Assembly (NCBI RefSeq): GCF_006345805.1
Contig: NC_043001.1
Span: forward strand, 3,782,001 to 3,846,000
DNA length: 64,000 nt
Direction: 5' to 3'
Origin: Octopus sinensis
Taxonomy: Eukaryota
Positions 26,013-39,845 of the stretch are shown here, piece by piece. The notes below the pieces were generated by a model. It had not been told where the DNA came from, made no database searches, and saw only the letters and a program-made list of their open reading frames with translations. Position numbers and translations under genes: made by a program. The stretch's first letter is position 1. Every line of letters begins with the position of its first letter.

Positions 26013-26630
26013 ATGTGTGTCTGTATATGTTTGTGTGTGTGTGTGTGTAAGTCTGTGTGATTATTAGGGAAGCATACTGTGTTGTGCATTGTAGCGTGGG
26101 AAGATGGCAATTTTCAGTGCCGTGATTGAATTGGTGAATGAAAACTTGCTTCGTGGCGGCGCGAAGCGATACCTGCGTTGGCCATTTACAGTAAACAGTA
26201 ATACTTACAGACTGGAGGAGAGATACCACACTGAGATTACAGGTTACCGGTGTCTGACATAAATTACCTTCTCTTCAGGCTGATGGAGATCATGACGACA
26301 TGCTAAACAACAAGCACAAAAGTGCGTTTGGGTGCATCCATATTACGTATAGTTACCATGGATACGAGAGATTACCGAAATAAATGAATGGAAGTCATCA
26401 CTTAATAAAAAAATATAAATTTAAAATGTAAAGACCAGGCCACCGCCACCATCGGTACCACACTGCTATGTTAAGCACACAACTATTTTGCGTGTGCGGG
26501 ACTCGATGGTTTGCGTGCAGGGACGGAATGGAATTGATCAGGCGTCAAACTTATTTCTTTAAGTTATCGGAATAAAAGATGGAATGTCATTAAATTGTAC
26601 CATCCCATAAACAAGTAACACAGCTGGACA

Positions 26631-26672
<42 letters not shown>

Positions 26673-29085
26673 ACACAGATATATAAACATTCAGACATAC
26701 ACACGTACACAGAGTCCAGTTAAAAAGACAGAACCAACAGATAAATACAATCATATAATTAAGCGTTTTATCATACACGCTCTTCACAAATTTATACACG
26801 TACCTACATACATACATACACACACACGGAGACACATACATGCGCTCTATAATGCACTAAAACATATAAGTACACACGGACACTCTCGCATTAAAGCAGG
26901 CATACATACTTACACACATTCTCGCTTTATCTTTCTCTTTCTCTTCCCCGATCGCAAACATTCTCATTTACATTCATACACAACAGAAATACAAAGCGAA
27001 AACCCTAGGAGACAAATAGACAAACCTACAGCCTATCTGGAGTATTGAGGCCATGTTACTGACAAGATGGCGAATGGCGACGAAACGTCTTCGATAAACT
27101 AGAGTAATTGAGTTATTTACGGAATAATTAATGGGACAATTTATTAGTTGCTTGCTAAAATAGTTACACAATTAACGAATGGTAAAGAAGAGAAATAGAA
27201 CCAGTGTGGGAGAAGATTATTAGCTCAGTGATGCTCCCGAAAGGCAGCGAAATCTGTTTCAACACACAAGATGCATTATTCTTTCAAAGCAACTCCAAAA
27301 TCGAAACACACACACACATGTATACAAACATAGAAAAAAAATTATATATTCAGTCACATACTGGTGTGTGTTTGTGTGAGTGTGTGTGTGTGTTTTGAAT
27401 ATAAAACATGAACCGATGACAATTCGAAAATTTCGAAGTTTGAAAACATAACAAAAATACAATTGGTTGACCATTAACGCGAAATCGACGTCGGAGATTA
27501 ATTATTTATATTTCAACTCCAATGTCATCGACTTTTCTAATATTCTCAGAAAGTAGATTATAAATACATTTCGGAGAATAAATGTTTCGATTCTTATTTA
27601 AAATTCTTATTTATTTCCATTCTGTATTTTTTTCTTTAACAATTTTCAATGACATTTCTTTCTTTTTTGAAAACTAATTTCCCTTTACTTCCATCTTCTC
27701 AAATGGCATTTTGAGTCTGACTTTCTGCCATCTTTGTTGTTATTGATATTAGTTCTATTATTTATCTATTTTTTAATTTTATGTTTTCTTTGACGTGTGA
27801 ATATAAACTGCAATTCTTTGTCGCAAATGTAGAATACGGTAGCATCCTTAAGATATTTGCAGTTAAATAAAAATAATAAAAAAAAAACAAGACATCATTC
27901 CACCCCACAAAACAACAGTACCAAATAAATGAGCACGAAAATACAAATATTAAAAATAAAATAAAACGGTAAAAGTCAGATACAAAAATACAAAAGAAGA
28001 AAAATGGAGGGTAAAAAAATAATAAAAACAAAACTATTTAAGAAGTGAAAATCCTTCTTGAAGAGAGAACCAAATAAAAAGAGAGAAATAGAGAATACAA
28101 GAAGAGAGATTGAGAGAGAGAGGGAGAGAGAAAGAGAGAGAGAGAGAATAGTGAAGTGATGGAGGAGAGAGAAAGGAGGTAAGGAGAGGTGGAGAAGATA
28201 AATGGGGCGAGTTGGTTTGTGAACGATTCTGAAAGAATGATAAAATAATATATATTGTTCATGCTAGTTATTAGGAATTCTTGATCGAAAACATCTCAAG
28301 CGTAAATTTTACGTTGAAATCAAAGCGAAAATCAGATAGTGCCAATAAAATTGCGATGCCTCAGTAAAGAAGGTGCATAGGGTTTTTTTTTTTTTGTATT
28401 TATCTGTTGCAGAAATACAAAACTAGAAAGAGTCGTTTATCACAGAAGTTCTATAGGTTATAAACCTCATGCGGTTGGTTTATCTGTTATTTGCAATGAA
28501 CAAACGAAATATGTGGCTGCATAACTATGAACGCCCAATGATGTGGTTTAAATCAAGTTTCTCTTGTTTTCTTTTATTACTTGGTTATTTTTTTCGTTTT
28601 GTTTTTCCAAAGAATTTTTGTGTTGCATAGCACATTGGAAGTCGTTTAACATGTCATATCAGAAGCATAACTTAATTAGGAAAAGAGAAAATAAAATATA
28701 TATTTATATCACATTTTCTTGCTCATTGTCTATTTGGCATGTGAAAATGGAAGAATATTTCAAAAGGAAACAGAATGTAAACTTTCCTACATTCAAGTGC
28801 CATTACTCTGCTCTTATAATTTCATCTTTATCTCTTTATCGCTATTGTCATTTCTATTATGGGTGTTGTTGTTGCCATTGCTATTACAGTAGGTGGTGAC
28901 GTTCTTTTTTTATTTGTTTGTTTATTACATTTTCACACGTGCGATCAGAGACCATCGTCACCAGATTTCTGATATGGATAACCATTCCTTTTCATACTAA
29001 CCTGAACTCTATTGTTATGAGTTAAGAAAGCCATCCTCGTTTCCATCTCCCGCTTTCTTTCTCTTGATTTTCTGGCTAGATGCTT

Positions 29086-29089
<4 letters not shown>

Positions 29090-29178
<89 letters not shown>

Positions 29179-29190
29179 ATATATATATAT

Positions 29191-29222
<32 letters not shown>

Positions 29223-29281
29223 ATGCATGTGTATGTGTATATATGTATATTGTATGTATGTATATATATGTATATATAAAC

Positions 29282-29318
<37 letters not shown>

Positions 29319-29351
29319 CTCACATATAAATGCATGTATTTATATATATGA

Positions 29352-29405
<54 letters not shown>
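29090..29405. repeat. (TA)n-rich microsatellite block (one of many in the window)
   Basis: Read directly. Confidence 0.95.
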
Positions 29406-29409
<4 letters not shown>

Positions 29410-30746
29410 AGAGAGAATTTGATGTATCTTTCTTTTCTCCTGACCTGCGCTGCTCTATCGGGCATCATCTATGTATTTCGGTTTTGTGTCAATGTTACTG
29501 CTGAAAAAAGCTGATTTATATTTTTGTTATATTAAGGTTTAGCTAAAGAGCAGGTCATCATATACGCACGTATATATCAGTGGAGTTCTTGAGATCCAAT
29601 AATCTTTCTTGATTTTATTTTGTTAATCCTTTAGCATTTCGCATCGAGATGGTCGATAGATAAATATATATAAACGGTCACTAAATGATCCGTGAGAGAT
29701 TATCGCAGGAAATATATTTTCGTAAAAATGCTTTCAGATTTACCATTCGTTTCTGTTGAAAGAGAAACAAACAGCAGAATGATGATCAGGAGATTTTTAC
29801 ATGTTCTACATTTTGTATTTCGTATCTGTAAGTTCGTTTCTACATTTAGTTTATAAGTTCAAGACCGGCGCCAAGTTGTTGAGGGATATATTCATGTTTT
29901 TTTTTTGTTTTTTGCTATTTGCCATAAGAAACATACAGCACAAAGCATACATCAATAGTGACAGGTGTTGTCGGTTAAGCCTAGCTGAGAAAAGTGCCAT
30001 ATTAAAGGACTCTCAGTACTTAGGCATCTAAGGGAAGAGCAAAATTTAATTTTTAATCCTTGCCCACATGAAATTAAGTACAACCTATCATACTTATGTG
30101 TCCCATTGTGACTATAACCGGCAGTTTTCCATCTGCGGCCTCGGCACCAGAAATACTAAGAAATCCGGCAGTGTTTGACCAAAACAAACAAAACAACACT
30201 GGCAGGCACAGACTAGGTCTAAGACGGTGGGCATTAATCTAATAGATCCTTTCCCACCCCAAATAAAAGCTCCCACACATGTAGTACACCTACACACATT
30301 CCAAACCTACATAAATGCTCCAAAGAATTTTTCGAAAGAATTTAACGAAAGCATAAATAAAAACGCGCAAACGAAAAGCGCAATTTGGGCAGCCCACCTT
30401 CCCCAAAATGTTACTCATATAGTACCACTTCACACATTCCAATTCTACAAGAACACCAGTCCTTAGACATACACATACGCACATTTCCCATACACATTTA
30501 TCGAGAAAATGGTGTTTTTGGTATGAACTTTACTAACAACCCTTGCTCAGTTTGTTCTGTAGTCTTTTTCACAGTAACCACAAACCGGATCTGCTATTTT
30601 CACTTCCAAAAGCAATATTTCATTTTAAAACTTGCACCTTAAAAAAGCCAAGGGTTACACAATGAAGCTGTTCCCTAACACTCCGTTTAACCCATACTGC
30701 AAAAACAATAGGTAAGATGAGCCGTAATAGATTTATACTGCACACT

Positions 30747-30801
<55 letters not shown>

Positions 30802-30909
30802 ATATATATATATATATATAGTGGGAGTTTACGAAAAAAAAGAAGACGAAGACAGTTGTTGTACAAAACAAACTGATATATTAGTATAACGCTCAGGAAT
30901 AGAAAAAGT

Positions 30910-30945
30910 CTTTTACGTTTCGAGCCTACGCTCTTCTACAGAAAG
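30910..30945 (-). ncRNA. Minimal HHR-like motif in a ~185 bp module between (TA)n tracts
   Basis: Minus strand: CTTT-CTGTAGA-A-GAGC-GTAG-GCTC-GAAACGTA-AAAG. Stems I and II are perfect; core position 6 is U rather than A. Confidence 0.55.
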
Positions 30946-31025
30946 GGACACAGAAAAACAAGGAGAAAAAAATGTGTGTAGTGGCTAACGACTTATCATG
31001 ACGTATATATGTGTGTGTGTATATT

Positions 31026-31102
<77 letters not shown>

Positions 31103-31842
31103 GCGTGTGTGTATCTATATATGTGTGCGTGTGAGGTAAAGAAGGAGTAAGTTATTAGTTATTTCATGATTGGAAATGTTCATATTGAATATAGTGTTTC
31201 GGGCGTATATAATTGTTATATTTCAGATAAATATTATTATTTTGTTGATATCGTTTTCCATTCTAAAGATAATGCTGTTTTCTCTTCATTTGCAGTTTTA
31301 TTTCGACTAACTTTACATGTGACAGCGTATTATCAATTTCCTTTCAGACATGCGCATTGTGAAATGCCTGTAGAGCAGGATTACGGTAAAAGAAGGAAAT
31401 TTTGTTGAAGGAATCTCACAGAGATAATATGATATGCTGTGAGAAAGAATTTTATAGAAAATGTGGAAACATGTGAATCTGATATATTGTAAGGCTTCCG
31501 GCGAAACCAAAAGTAGAACATTGGATTCATAGCATAATTGAGTTCGGTCGATGGAATTTGATTTCGTAAGTAGATTTATTTATATTAATATGCATTTGGT
31601 AAAACCTTCAGAACGTTTATTTAATGGCAACCACTAAATTGTAGGTAATAGCTATCATATACTACATGTTAAGAAAGATAAGCCAATTTAAATACTCGTA
31701 AACAACAAGACACAAAGCCGTTCTATTTTTGAGAATTTGAAGCAAACTTTAAGCATGCTTCTGCCTTAGAAAGACTTTGAGTGGATGGCTGAATCAAAGA
31801 TCTAAAACCAAACACACAGGAACTTCTGAATATCCAATGAGA

Positions 31843-32248
31843 TGCAGGTGTGGCTGTAGAGGTAAGGGACTTCATTCGCAGCCATCAGGTCTTAGGTTCA
31901 GTTCCATTACGCGGAATCTGCTATCGCCCGGCGCCGACCAAAGACTCGTGCGTGAATTTGATTGATGGAATCAGAAACTATCTCGTCGTAAATACGTACA
32001 TACATCCATGCATGCGTGCTTTGTGTTTGTATCTGTTCCCGACTCACCACTACAACCACCACCACCACCACCACCACCACTACGACCACTCCTTGCCAAC
32101 CGGTGTTGGTTTGCGTACGTCCCGCAACTTAGTTGTTAATCAGTAGAAACCGATAGAATAAATACCAGGTTGTTTCCTCGGCTAATATTTCAAGACAACT
32201 CGTCAGCGTGGCCCCAGTCTAATGAGGGACAAAACAAAAGATAAAAGT
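31843..32248 (+). mobile_element. Degenerate full-length SINE
   Basis: GCAGGTGTGGCTGT head, GGTTCAGTTCC, GCCGACCAAAG, CAACCGGTGTTGGT, GAAACCGATAGAATAA, CAGTCTAATGA tail. Confidence 0.75.
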
Positions 32249-32534
32249 TAAAATCTCTCTGTGCATGTTAAACGTCACACTGTATGCATACAAAAAGTAT
32301 TCGTTGTAGTTTTATAAGATGAGTAAAGCTAGATTTTCACCTCATAAATATGCTGCATATCGAAGAACAATCGGCGTATTGGTTATTTTGGCACAGAATA
32401 TCAAAGAGATGTAAAAAATTAATAATTCCTTTGAAAACTATACATATATATATATATATATATATATGAAAATTAGAAAAAAAACACCTTTATCAATTCA
32501 AAATGAACAATTAAATTACATATATAATACACAC

Positions 32535-32592
<58 letters not shown>

Positions 32593-32744
32593 GTGAAATA
32601 GAAAGATGAATAATCTTGTAGTAGATTAATCAAAAGTATAACCGCTACCTTAGTAGCAAAAATCACAGCAGTGAACAGCACGGTTGGAGGTACAAACCAT
32701 CTGGCGTTGCAACCGTGCGTTGTGCGGATAATTGAAATTAAAAC

Positions 32745-33071
32745 ATTATTGGTGAATTGAAGAAATGGAGCTGAACGCAGATTGAACAGAATCGTTTTAT
32801 TCATTCTACACGTGTTTCGAAAGGCACAAATTACCAAAATCCGATTGAATAATGGGACCATATTGTGTCTTCTCTCAGGAAGAAAAAAGGAAATCCGTTG
32901 GAAAAACAAAAACAGAACAGAGCGGATTTCCTTTTTCTTCCTGAAGAGAAAGACACAATATGGTCCCATTATTCAATCGGGATTTTGGTAATTTGTGCCT
33001 TTCGAAACACGTGTAGAATGAAATAAAACGATTTCTGTTCAATCTGCGTTCAGCTCCATTCTTCAATTCAC

Positions 33072-33078
<7 letters not shown>
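32745..33078. repeat. ~334 bp palindrome (about 150 bp arms) between (TA)n tracts, carrying two outward-facing HHR motifs
   Basis: ATTATTGGTGAATTGAAGAAATGGAGCTGAACGCAGATTGAACAG... is mirrored by ...CTGTTCAATCTGCGTTCAGCTCCATTCTTCAATTCACCAATAAT. Confidence 0.92.
32938..33018 (+). ncRNA. Type I minimal hammerhead ribozyme, intact consensus core
   Basis: TTC-CTGAAGA-GAAAGACACAA..TTGTGCCTTTC (10 of 11 bp stem II)-GAAA-C-ACGT-GT-A-GAA. Predicted GUA cleavage after 33015; stem III ACACGTGT is self-complementary. Confidence 0.75.
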
Positions 33079-33122
<44 letters not shown>

Positions 33123-33544
33123 CTTACTTGAAATGGATGCGTGGCATTCGATCATATAATGATATAAATAATATATGATATATGCATATATACATATATA
33201 TGTATATATACATGCATATATGGGACAGGACATCAAAAAAAAACGTGAACAAAATGAGAAATGAGAATATAAAAAACAAAAACATAGAGAACGAACTTTT
33301 TTTCTAACAACGAAACAAATAAATAGAGAAACGAGACAGGCAATATAAAAGACAATCCCTTCATCAGTGGGCCCCTGTTTTATCTACTCCGCGTTTTGCA
33401 TATATTGATATATGCACCTATCCATTCTTCCGTCCATCCATCCATCCATCTATCTATCTGTTTATCTATCTATATATATATCTATCAATCTATCTATCTA
33501 TCCATCTTTCTATCTGCCAATCTATTTTTCTATCTATCTATCTT

Positions 33545-33578
<34 letters not shown>

Positions 33579-34127
33579 CTCTCTGGTCAATCTCTCATCA
33601 ACTTCTTCAAGTACCACTTGAAAAGGAAAGTGAGAGTAGAGAGGCAAGTTTTGTCTAGCGAATGTTTTAAAACAAGATGGGTGAATGTAGCAAGAATGGC
33701 ACGTATGAATGACGAAGCCACCTTGAGCATAGTCCTATGAACCCAGAAATCGAAAACAGAGAGTTGCTTATTTGCAAAAAAAAAAAAAAAAAAAAAAAGA
33801 AATATAAAATGTGACTTCATTGACCGAGGTTACCGTGGTCTTTTCCGTAGGCTTTTCTTTCCACGGGTAAACCTCACCTGTCCTCCCTTTACACTTCATA
33901 TTGACATTTCTGTGATAACGATCCCTATTGATCAATTTTTTTTTCCTCTCCCCCTTTTTTTTTTTTTTAACCCCCCTTTTTTTTGTCCTCTTTCTCTCCT
34001 TTTACGATCCCTTTTGATCGAAACTCCCCCTTCCTTTTTTTTTTTTTTTTTTTAAACCTTCAAAAGAAAAGCTCTACCTTGTAATTTGTTCTATCTGTGT
34101 GCAGCCCTGTGTGGCTAATAAAGAAAC
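33579..34127 (+). mobile_element. 5'-truncated Tx1/L1-like LINE 3' end inserted in (ATCT)n
   Basis: ORF end LSGQSLINFFKYHLKRKVRVERQVLSSECFKTRWVNV...IVL*, pyrimidine-rich 3' UTR, AATAAA at 34117 just before the junction; (ATCT)n on both sides. Confidence 0.65.
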
Positions 34128-34180
34128 ATATCTATCTATCTATCTATCTATCTACCTATCTATATATCTATCATTCTATC

Positions 34181-34242
<62 letters not shown>

Positions 34243-34347
34243 CGTGTCTATATATATATATATATAATATATTTATGTGACCGCGTGTGTACCGTTGGCG
34301 ATTTTTTTTCCTCTGTCTTCCCTTCTCTGGATCTTTCCTTCTCCTAT

Positions 34348-34382
34348 GTTTCCGACGAAGAGCTCCGCTCGAAACGTAATAC
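34348..34382 (+). ncRNA. Minimal HHR-like motif in a ~220 bp module between (TA)n tracts
   Basis: GTTT-CCGACGA-A-GAGC-TCC-GCTC-GAAACGTA-ATAC; one substitution from CTGACGA. Confidence 0.55.
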
Positions 34383-34483
34383 CCTTCTTCTCCCCTTCCT
34401 TCCTGAGCGTCCAATAATACTATATTTGTTCAACGTCCTCGCGTTGTTGTGTTTTTCTTTGTTTTTTCATGTTTGGATGAATT

Positions 34484-34528
<45 letters not shown>

Positions 34529-34554
34529 CCATCAATATCAATCCATCTATCTAA

Positions 34555-34602
<48 letters not shown>

Positions 34603-34639
34603 TTATCTATCTATATATCTTACTATCTATCTATTTATC

Positions 34640-34670
<31 letters not shown>

Positions 34671-34673
34671 CTG

Positions 34674-34704
<31 letters not shown>

Positions 34705-34864
34705 ATATATATGCATATATATATGTATATATGTATATATATATATGTATATATGTATATATACATACATACATACATATATATATATATAATGTATGTG
34801 TGTGTGTACATGTGTATAATAGGTAGATAGTGTATATATATATATATACTATCTACTTTCCGGA

Positions 34865-35860
34865 ATGGTAAAAAGGCCAAGGTACAGAATTTGAATAGGA
34901 GAACTAGAAAGCTACTCACGATGCATAACAGGGGTCACGCTTAAAGCAATGCCGAACCATTCTACTTAAGAAGGAAGGAAATTAGCAGAGGATTTCTAAA
35001 TGTAGAAGATATGGTTAATACTGCGATTCTTGGCCTGGAAACCTATTCCGTGCAGAGTAAAAATACTATAGACAACCAGAGAAACCAAAAATCTGGCCGA
35101 AGCAGTTGGAGAATTCAAAGAGAAAAGAACAACAGAGCAAACAGACAGAAGGAAATGGAATTACATGGCCAACTCATGTATCAACCGAGAATGTCTGAAG
35201 TAATGACCGCTGGCTCTGGTTAGTGTATGGGAGACGAGAGACTGAAACGTTAATTATAGTAGTTCAGTAACAATCCAGTAGAAAATAATCTGATAAAGGC
35301 AAAGATCGACAAAACCCAGTCAGACAGCAAATATAGAATCTGTAAGAAAAGAGACGAAAGTATCAATCGCCTTTTTAGCAAATGCAGTATACTAGTAGAA
35401 AAGGATTATAAATGTACACAAGCCTGAGTATGCAAATGAGCACACTAGTATGTTGGCCGAGTGCATTGCTTCAAAAGAAAAGGAACCAGAGACTGTGACA
35501 GAAATGAGAATTACAAGCTCTTCTGGGACTTCCACATAAAGACGGAACACACTATTGAAACAAGAAGAGTGGACAGAATAAAGAAAAAGTTTAAAGCCTA
35601 GATTTTGACATTCACTACCATATCAGAGTGGATACCGAAAATACTGGAGAGAAATGAGAAATATCAGAATCTATCAAGAAATTAAGGAAACCGTAGCAGT
35701 CCAAGACAATGGCCATTCCTCTAGTAATTGGTGCCCTCAGCACAAGATGTAAAAAGCTACGTAAAGACTGAAAGAAACTGGAATTGAATAAAGCATTGTC
35801 GATCTGTACAGAAGTACCATTTCATATTCTGCAACAATCCTAAAAGAAAAGAATCTTTAG
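34865..35860 (+). mobile_element. Old, degenerate R4/Dong-like LINE 3' region
   Basis: [53 protein letters not shown] (CCHC remnant), ENYKLFWDFHIKTEHTIETRRVD, PLVIGALS. Confidence 0.7.
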
Positions 35861-36110
35861 ATTTGAGAAAACTTTTGTCACCAAACCTCAACACAACATT
35901 CCTACTAACTAAATTAGCATGCACTAAGAGAAATATTAATAACAGTAATAAGGATGATGGTGATGATGCCGATCATGATGATGATGACGATGCTGATGCT
36001 GCTGATGTGTATGTGTATATGCAGAAAGAGAGAGGGAGAGGGATTCGATCGATTGATCGATTGATAGATAGACAGATATACATACATAGATACATAGATA
36101 CATACATTTA

Positions 36111-36199
<89 letters not shown>

Positions 36200-36351
36200 A
36201 TATATATATGCGCTTGTGTGTGTGTGTGCATGCGGATCCCACAATTTTCTATTCAGCAATATAATTTTTTAAGAGTGTGTTCTGTTCTGAAAGATACTTA
36301 GAAAAAGAAAGGGAGAAGGAGGGTAGGAAAGAGGGAGAAGAAGAGAGAGTG

Positions 36352-36384
<33 letters not shown>

Positions 36385-37059
36385 AAAGAAAAAAAGATGG
36401 AGTTAAAAACTTTTTTTCTCTTGAGTGTCTTTCACATCATTTCTATATTGTAAGTTGCTTGTTGAAGCTTACATTTTACTTGCAAATAAGTTCATTTCAT
36501 GTCAACAAATATCTTCCTACAACAATTTGGGAATAGACGTAAGTGAAAAAATATTAAAAACAAGAAACAATATAAAAAGAGACAGCAACGCAGATATATT
36601 AATATTTAGTTTTCCTTTTATCTTTTCTGTCTTATCGCTATTTTATAAATTCGCTGTTTACCATATTTTATAGTGACATGAATTATTCCTTATGACCAGA
36701 TATGGATATTTTATTAAAATATGTCTCATTAAAATACCTGATAATTGCGATATTTCATTAAACAAAACAATAATGAAAATATAAATAATTTCTGAACGTC
36801 ATTAAATTGTTTGAGTGACACAAGAAATGATATGATTTTGGATTAGATGTCGAGTGTTCTTTAATTTTATTCATAGTCATTTCCAGATCAAATCCTCTCC
36901 ATGTATCTTTATATTTTGAGGCTGAACCTTTTTAGTCTTCAGCGGTTTTTCTGTATGGTAGAAAAATAAAGCAAAGTTTCTCGCCTAAAGATGTTCTGGT
37001 ATCTAAAGAATGTCTGTTGTGTTTCACTCCCCGAACATTTTAAAAGAACAAATGCCAAT

Positions 37060-37490
37060 AATATTGTAGCCAGGTTTCTGATGAATCTACTCCTATTTTG
37101 TCTGTCTACGTTCTGAGTTCAAATTCCAGCGTGGCCGACTTTGATTTCATCTTTTCGGGGTCTATAAATTAAGTACCAGTTGCGTACTGAGGTCGATCTA
37201 ATCAAGTGGGCCCCTCTCCAGAAATTTTCTATTTGTGCCTAGAGTAGAAAAATATATTTACACTTCAATTTAAGGATGAATGATAGCAGACTCATCAGCA
37301 CACAGGGCATAATTCTAAACGGCATTTCGCCTATTTTCTTGTTCTGAGTTCAATATTCACCCAGGGGGACTTTTCCTTTCCTCCCTTTGCGGGGTGGATG
37401 AAATAAGTACCAGTGCAACACTGGTTCGATGGAATCGAATGGCTGTTTGTCCCCAATTTTCAGATCCTGTGCTTATAGTGGAAAGGGTTA
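37060..37490 (+). mobile_element. Two tandem degenerate SINEs (family of 20139-20357)
   Basis: Repeated GTTCTGAGTTCAA...ACTTT..TTTC...TAAGTACCAG...CTG.GGT.CGAT core. Confidence 0.6.
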
Positions 37491-39792
37491 TTAAACAGAC
37501 GTTCGTCAATCAGTAGTTGAGACCCACACACACACACACTTTCAATCATACATGCACAGGTAGTCTCATGCATGTATATATCCACGCGTACAAATATGTA
37601 CGCAGTAATCCCTACCCTATCGCGTTTGTTATGCTCCAACCGCCTCTCGTGATAAGTGAAAATCCGCGAAGTAGAAACAGTACTGTACTGTATATATATA
37701 TATTAATTATTTCTATAATTTGTATATATTTATTTTATTATAAATGCAAAACAACATCATGGATGAATTGACTTGAGCTTAAATAATATCGTGGGGAACA
37801 GTATATGTGTGTGCGCGTGCGCGTAATTGCTTGTGTGTGTGTGTGTGTGTGTAAGGCAGCCATTTGGCACAGCCGCTACAGCATCGGGTATGGTATTTGG
37901 CACTAAATGTTCTGGCTTTCTGTTGTCTGAGTTCAAATTCACTTTTCATCTGTTATTGTTCAGTAAATGAAATACCTGTTGTGTGTACTGAGCCGAATTT
38001 TCTCTTATTCTTTCTCGTATTCGGGCAGGATTGACTGTGGACAGAAAACTAAAATCCACTAAAATCCACCAAAACTAAAATGCCAAATCCACGATGTCTC
38101 CCCTCTGACCCAACGATGCTATAAGGGATCCATGACATCACACCCATGCACATAAATCCTAGAATCACGGCGTATGCTTTTCTGCTGTCATTTTCCCAGT
38201 GTTCTACCAATTCTGTTTCCTGCCATTTTGCTGACTTTAATACTTTATGTACTGATAATTTACAACAATCAATTCACTTGTCTTTAAATCTTGATCCATT
38301 TCTTCGTTAAAATTCTTCATTATTTTACTTAAATCTTAGCAGAGAAGTTAAATTCCTGATATACCCAGAGACTGATACACTCTCGGCTGCCCAACTGAAG
38401 CTATTTCCCTTGACTTACGCTGATGTCTGTCTTGGTTAATGCAGGATTATCGCTCTCCCGTTTCGCACTATCACTTGTCTTCACATTAAAGCAACTGTTT
38501 TATTTTCTAAGTCAAAATAACGAAAACAGACGATTATTTACCATTAAACTCTCGGCAAGAATAAAAACATATCGACAAATGTAAAAAGAAAAATACTTAA
38601 ATGACAAAGTTACTTCTGGTGATATAAGTATCATGAAACTTTTACAAGGAGGGGAGGAGAAAGAGGAAGAGGAGAAGAGGAGGTGACGATGACGAATATT
38701 TTTCTCTGACTGGCTTGACAATAGTAACAGTCAATGAATTACTGTAACCTAGCATAACCAATTACTTTGTGTCTGGCACCGTTAAGTATCTACTAGTACC
38801 TTTGAAAGTTTTGCTCTTGTTAGATTAACAATAATATTCTATTATTTAACATTTATTACAGAACAAAACTTGCATGTCTAGCAAGAGTTTTAGAGCTGAA
38901 CTACATTTAGAATCAGAGACAGACAGTATATATATATATATATAAAAAAAAATATTCTCTGATATAAAGCAGCTCAATTCTATTGAAAGTCAGTCAGTAA
39001 AAATGCTAAAAATGAGGTTGCTCATAGCACAGAACGAAGTCTAGCTGACTGGCTATATACAATAAACTTGGAACTGTTTATTTGAAAACTCTTTCTAGAC
39101 ATGCAAGAATGAGCTGCTTATTTTTGGTGTTATTAAAAATTTGATTTATTTGAATGTTTCTTCTACAAAAGATTTGCCTGAGTTAGCTGACAACCTTTAA
39201 TTTTCAATGCCTTTCTCCTAGTCCGCTTGAAATTACAGTGATTTAACCCTTACGAGGCTTGGTTGGTCTGCTTATTCGATTGTTTTTTTTTTATATATAT
39301 ATTAGTATTCAGTCTTTAAGGTGCTGCTGAAAATGTGGTCTTGATATAATGACTCGAAAAAATACACTGAAGGTAGTGGTTTCTCGTCTCTCTCTCTCAC
39401 TCTCTCTTTCTCTCTCTCTCTCTATCTCTCTCATTCTCTCTCGGAAACCAAAGAAAGAATTAAACGATAGCCATGCAAACAGATAAAATACTCGCCTAAT
39501 GAATTCATTAAACGGTACGTACTGAAGTGACAATCATTACACATGGGCCGAGCATACGATGGGAACTCTAGTCTAGTGTTTCCTATCAGACTCTTTACCA
39601 TTCCATAGGAGGGGTTTGGAAATATGAGGTGAGCTGGTGAATGGAATTATAATACAGGAGACGTTTAGAGGTTACAAGAGTAGGTGAGCAAATTTATATA
39701 TCGTCCTAAAAAAAAGGTGGGTAACAGCGGAAACGACTCCATGACTGTAATAACACTGACCAGACGTATTCTGCATACAATCCGTTTCTGAG

Positions 39793-39845
<53 letters not shown>

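Noticed and set aside
26268-26302. 35-nt minus-strand AG...GT microexon candidate
   Set aside because: Length is not a multiple of 3, no recognisable peptide, and such site pairs are common by chance
33225-33400. Minus-strand CTGATGAAGGG module next to (TA)n
   Set aside because: No downstream stem II and GAAA, and a permuted (type II) fold did not give a convincing stem I
38393-38500. Minus-strand open stretch (CFNVKTSDSAKRESDNPALTKTDIS) ending at GTAAGT
   Set aside because: The in-frame acceptor lacks a polypyrimidine tract, the better acceptor gives stops in all frames, and no homology was recognised
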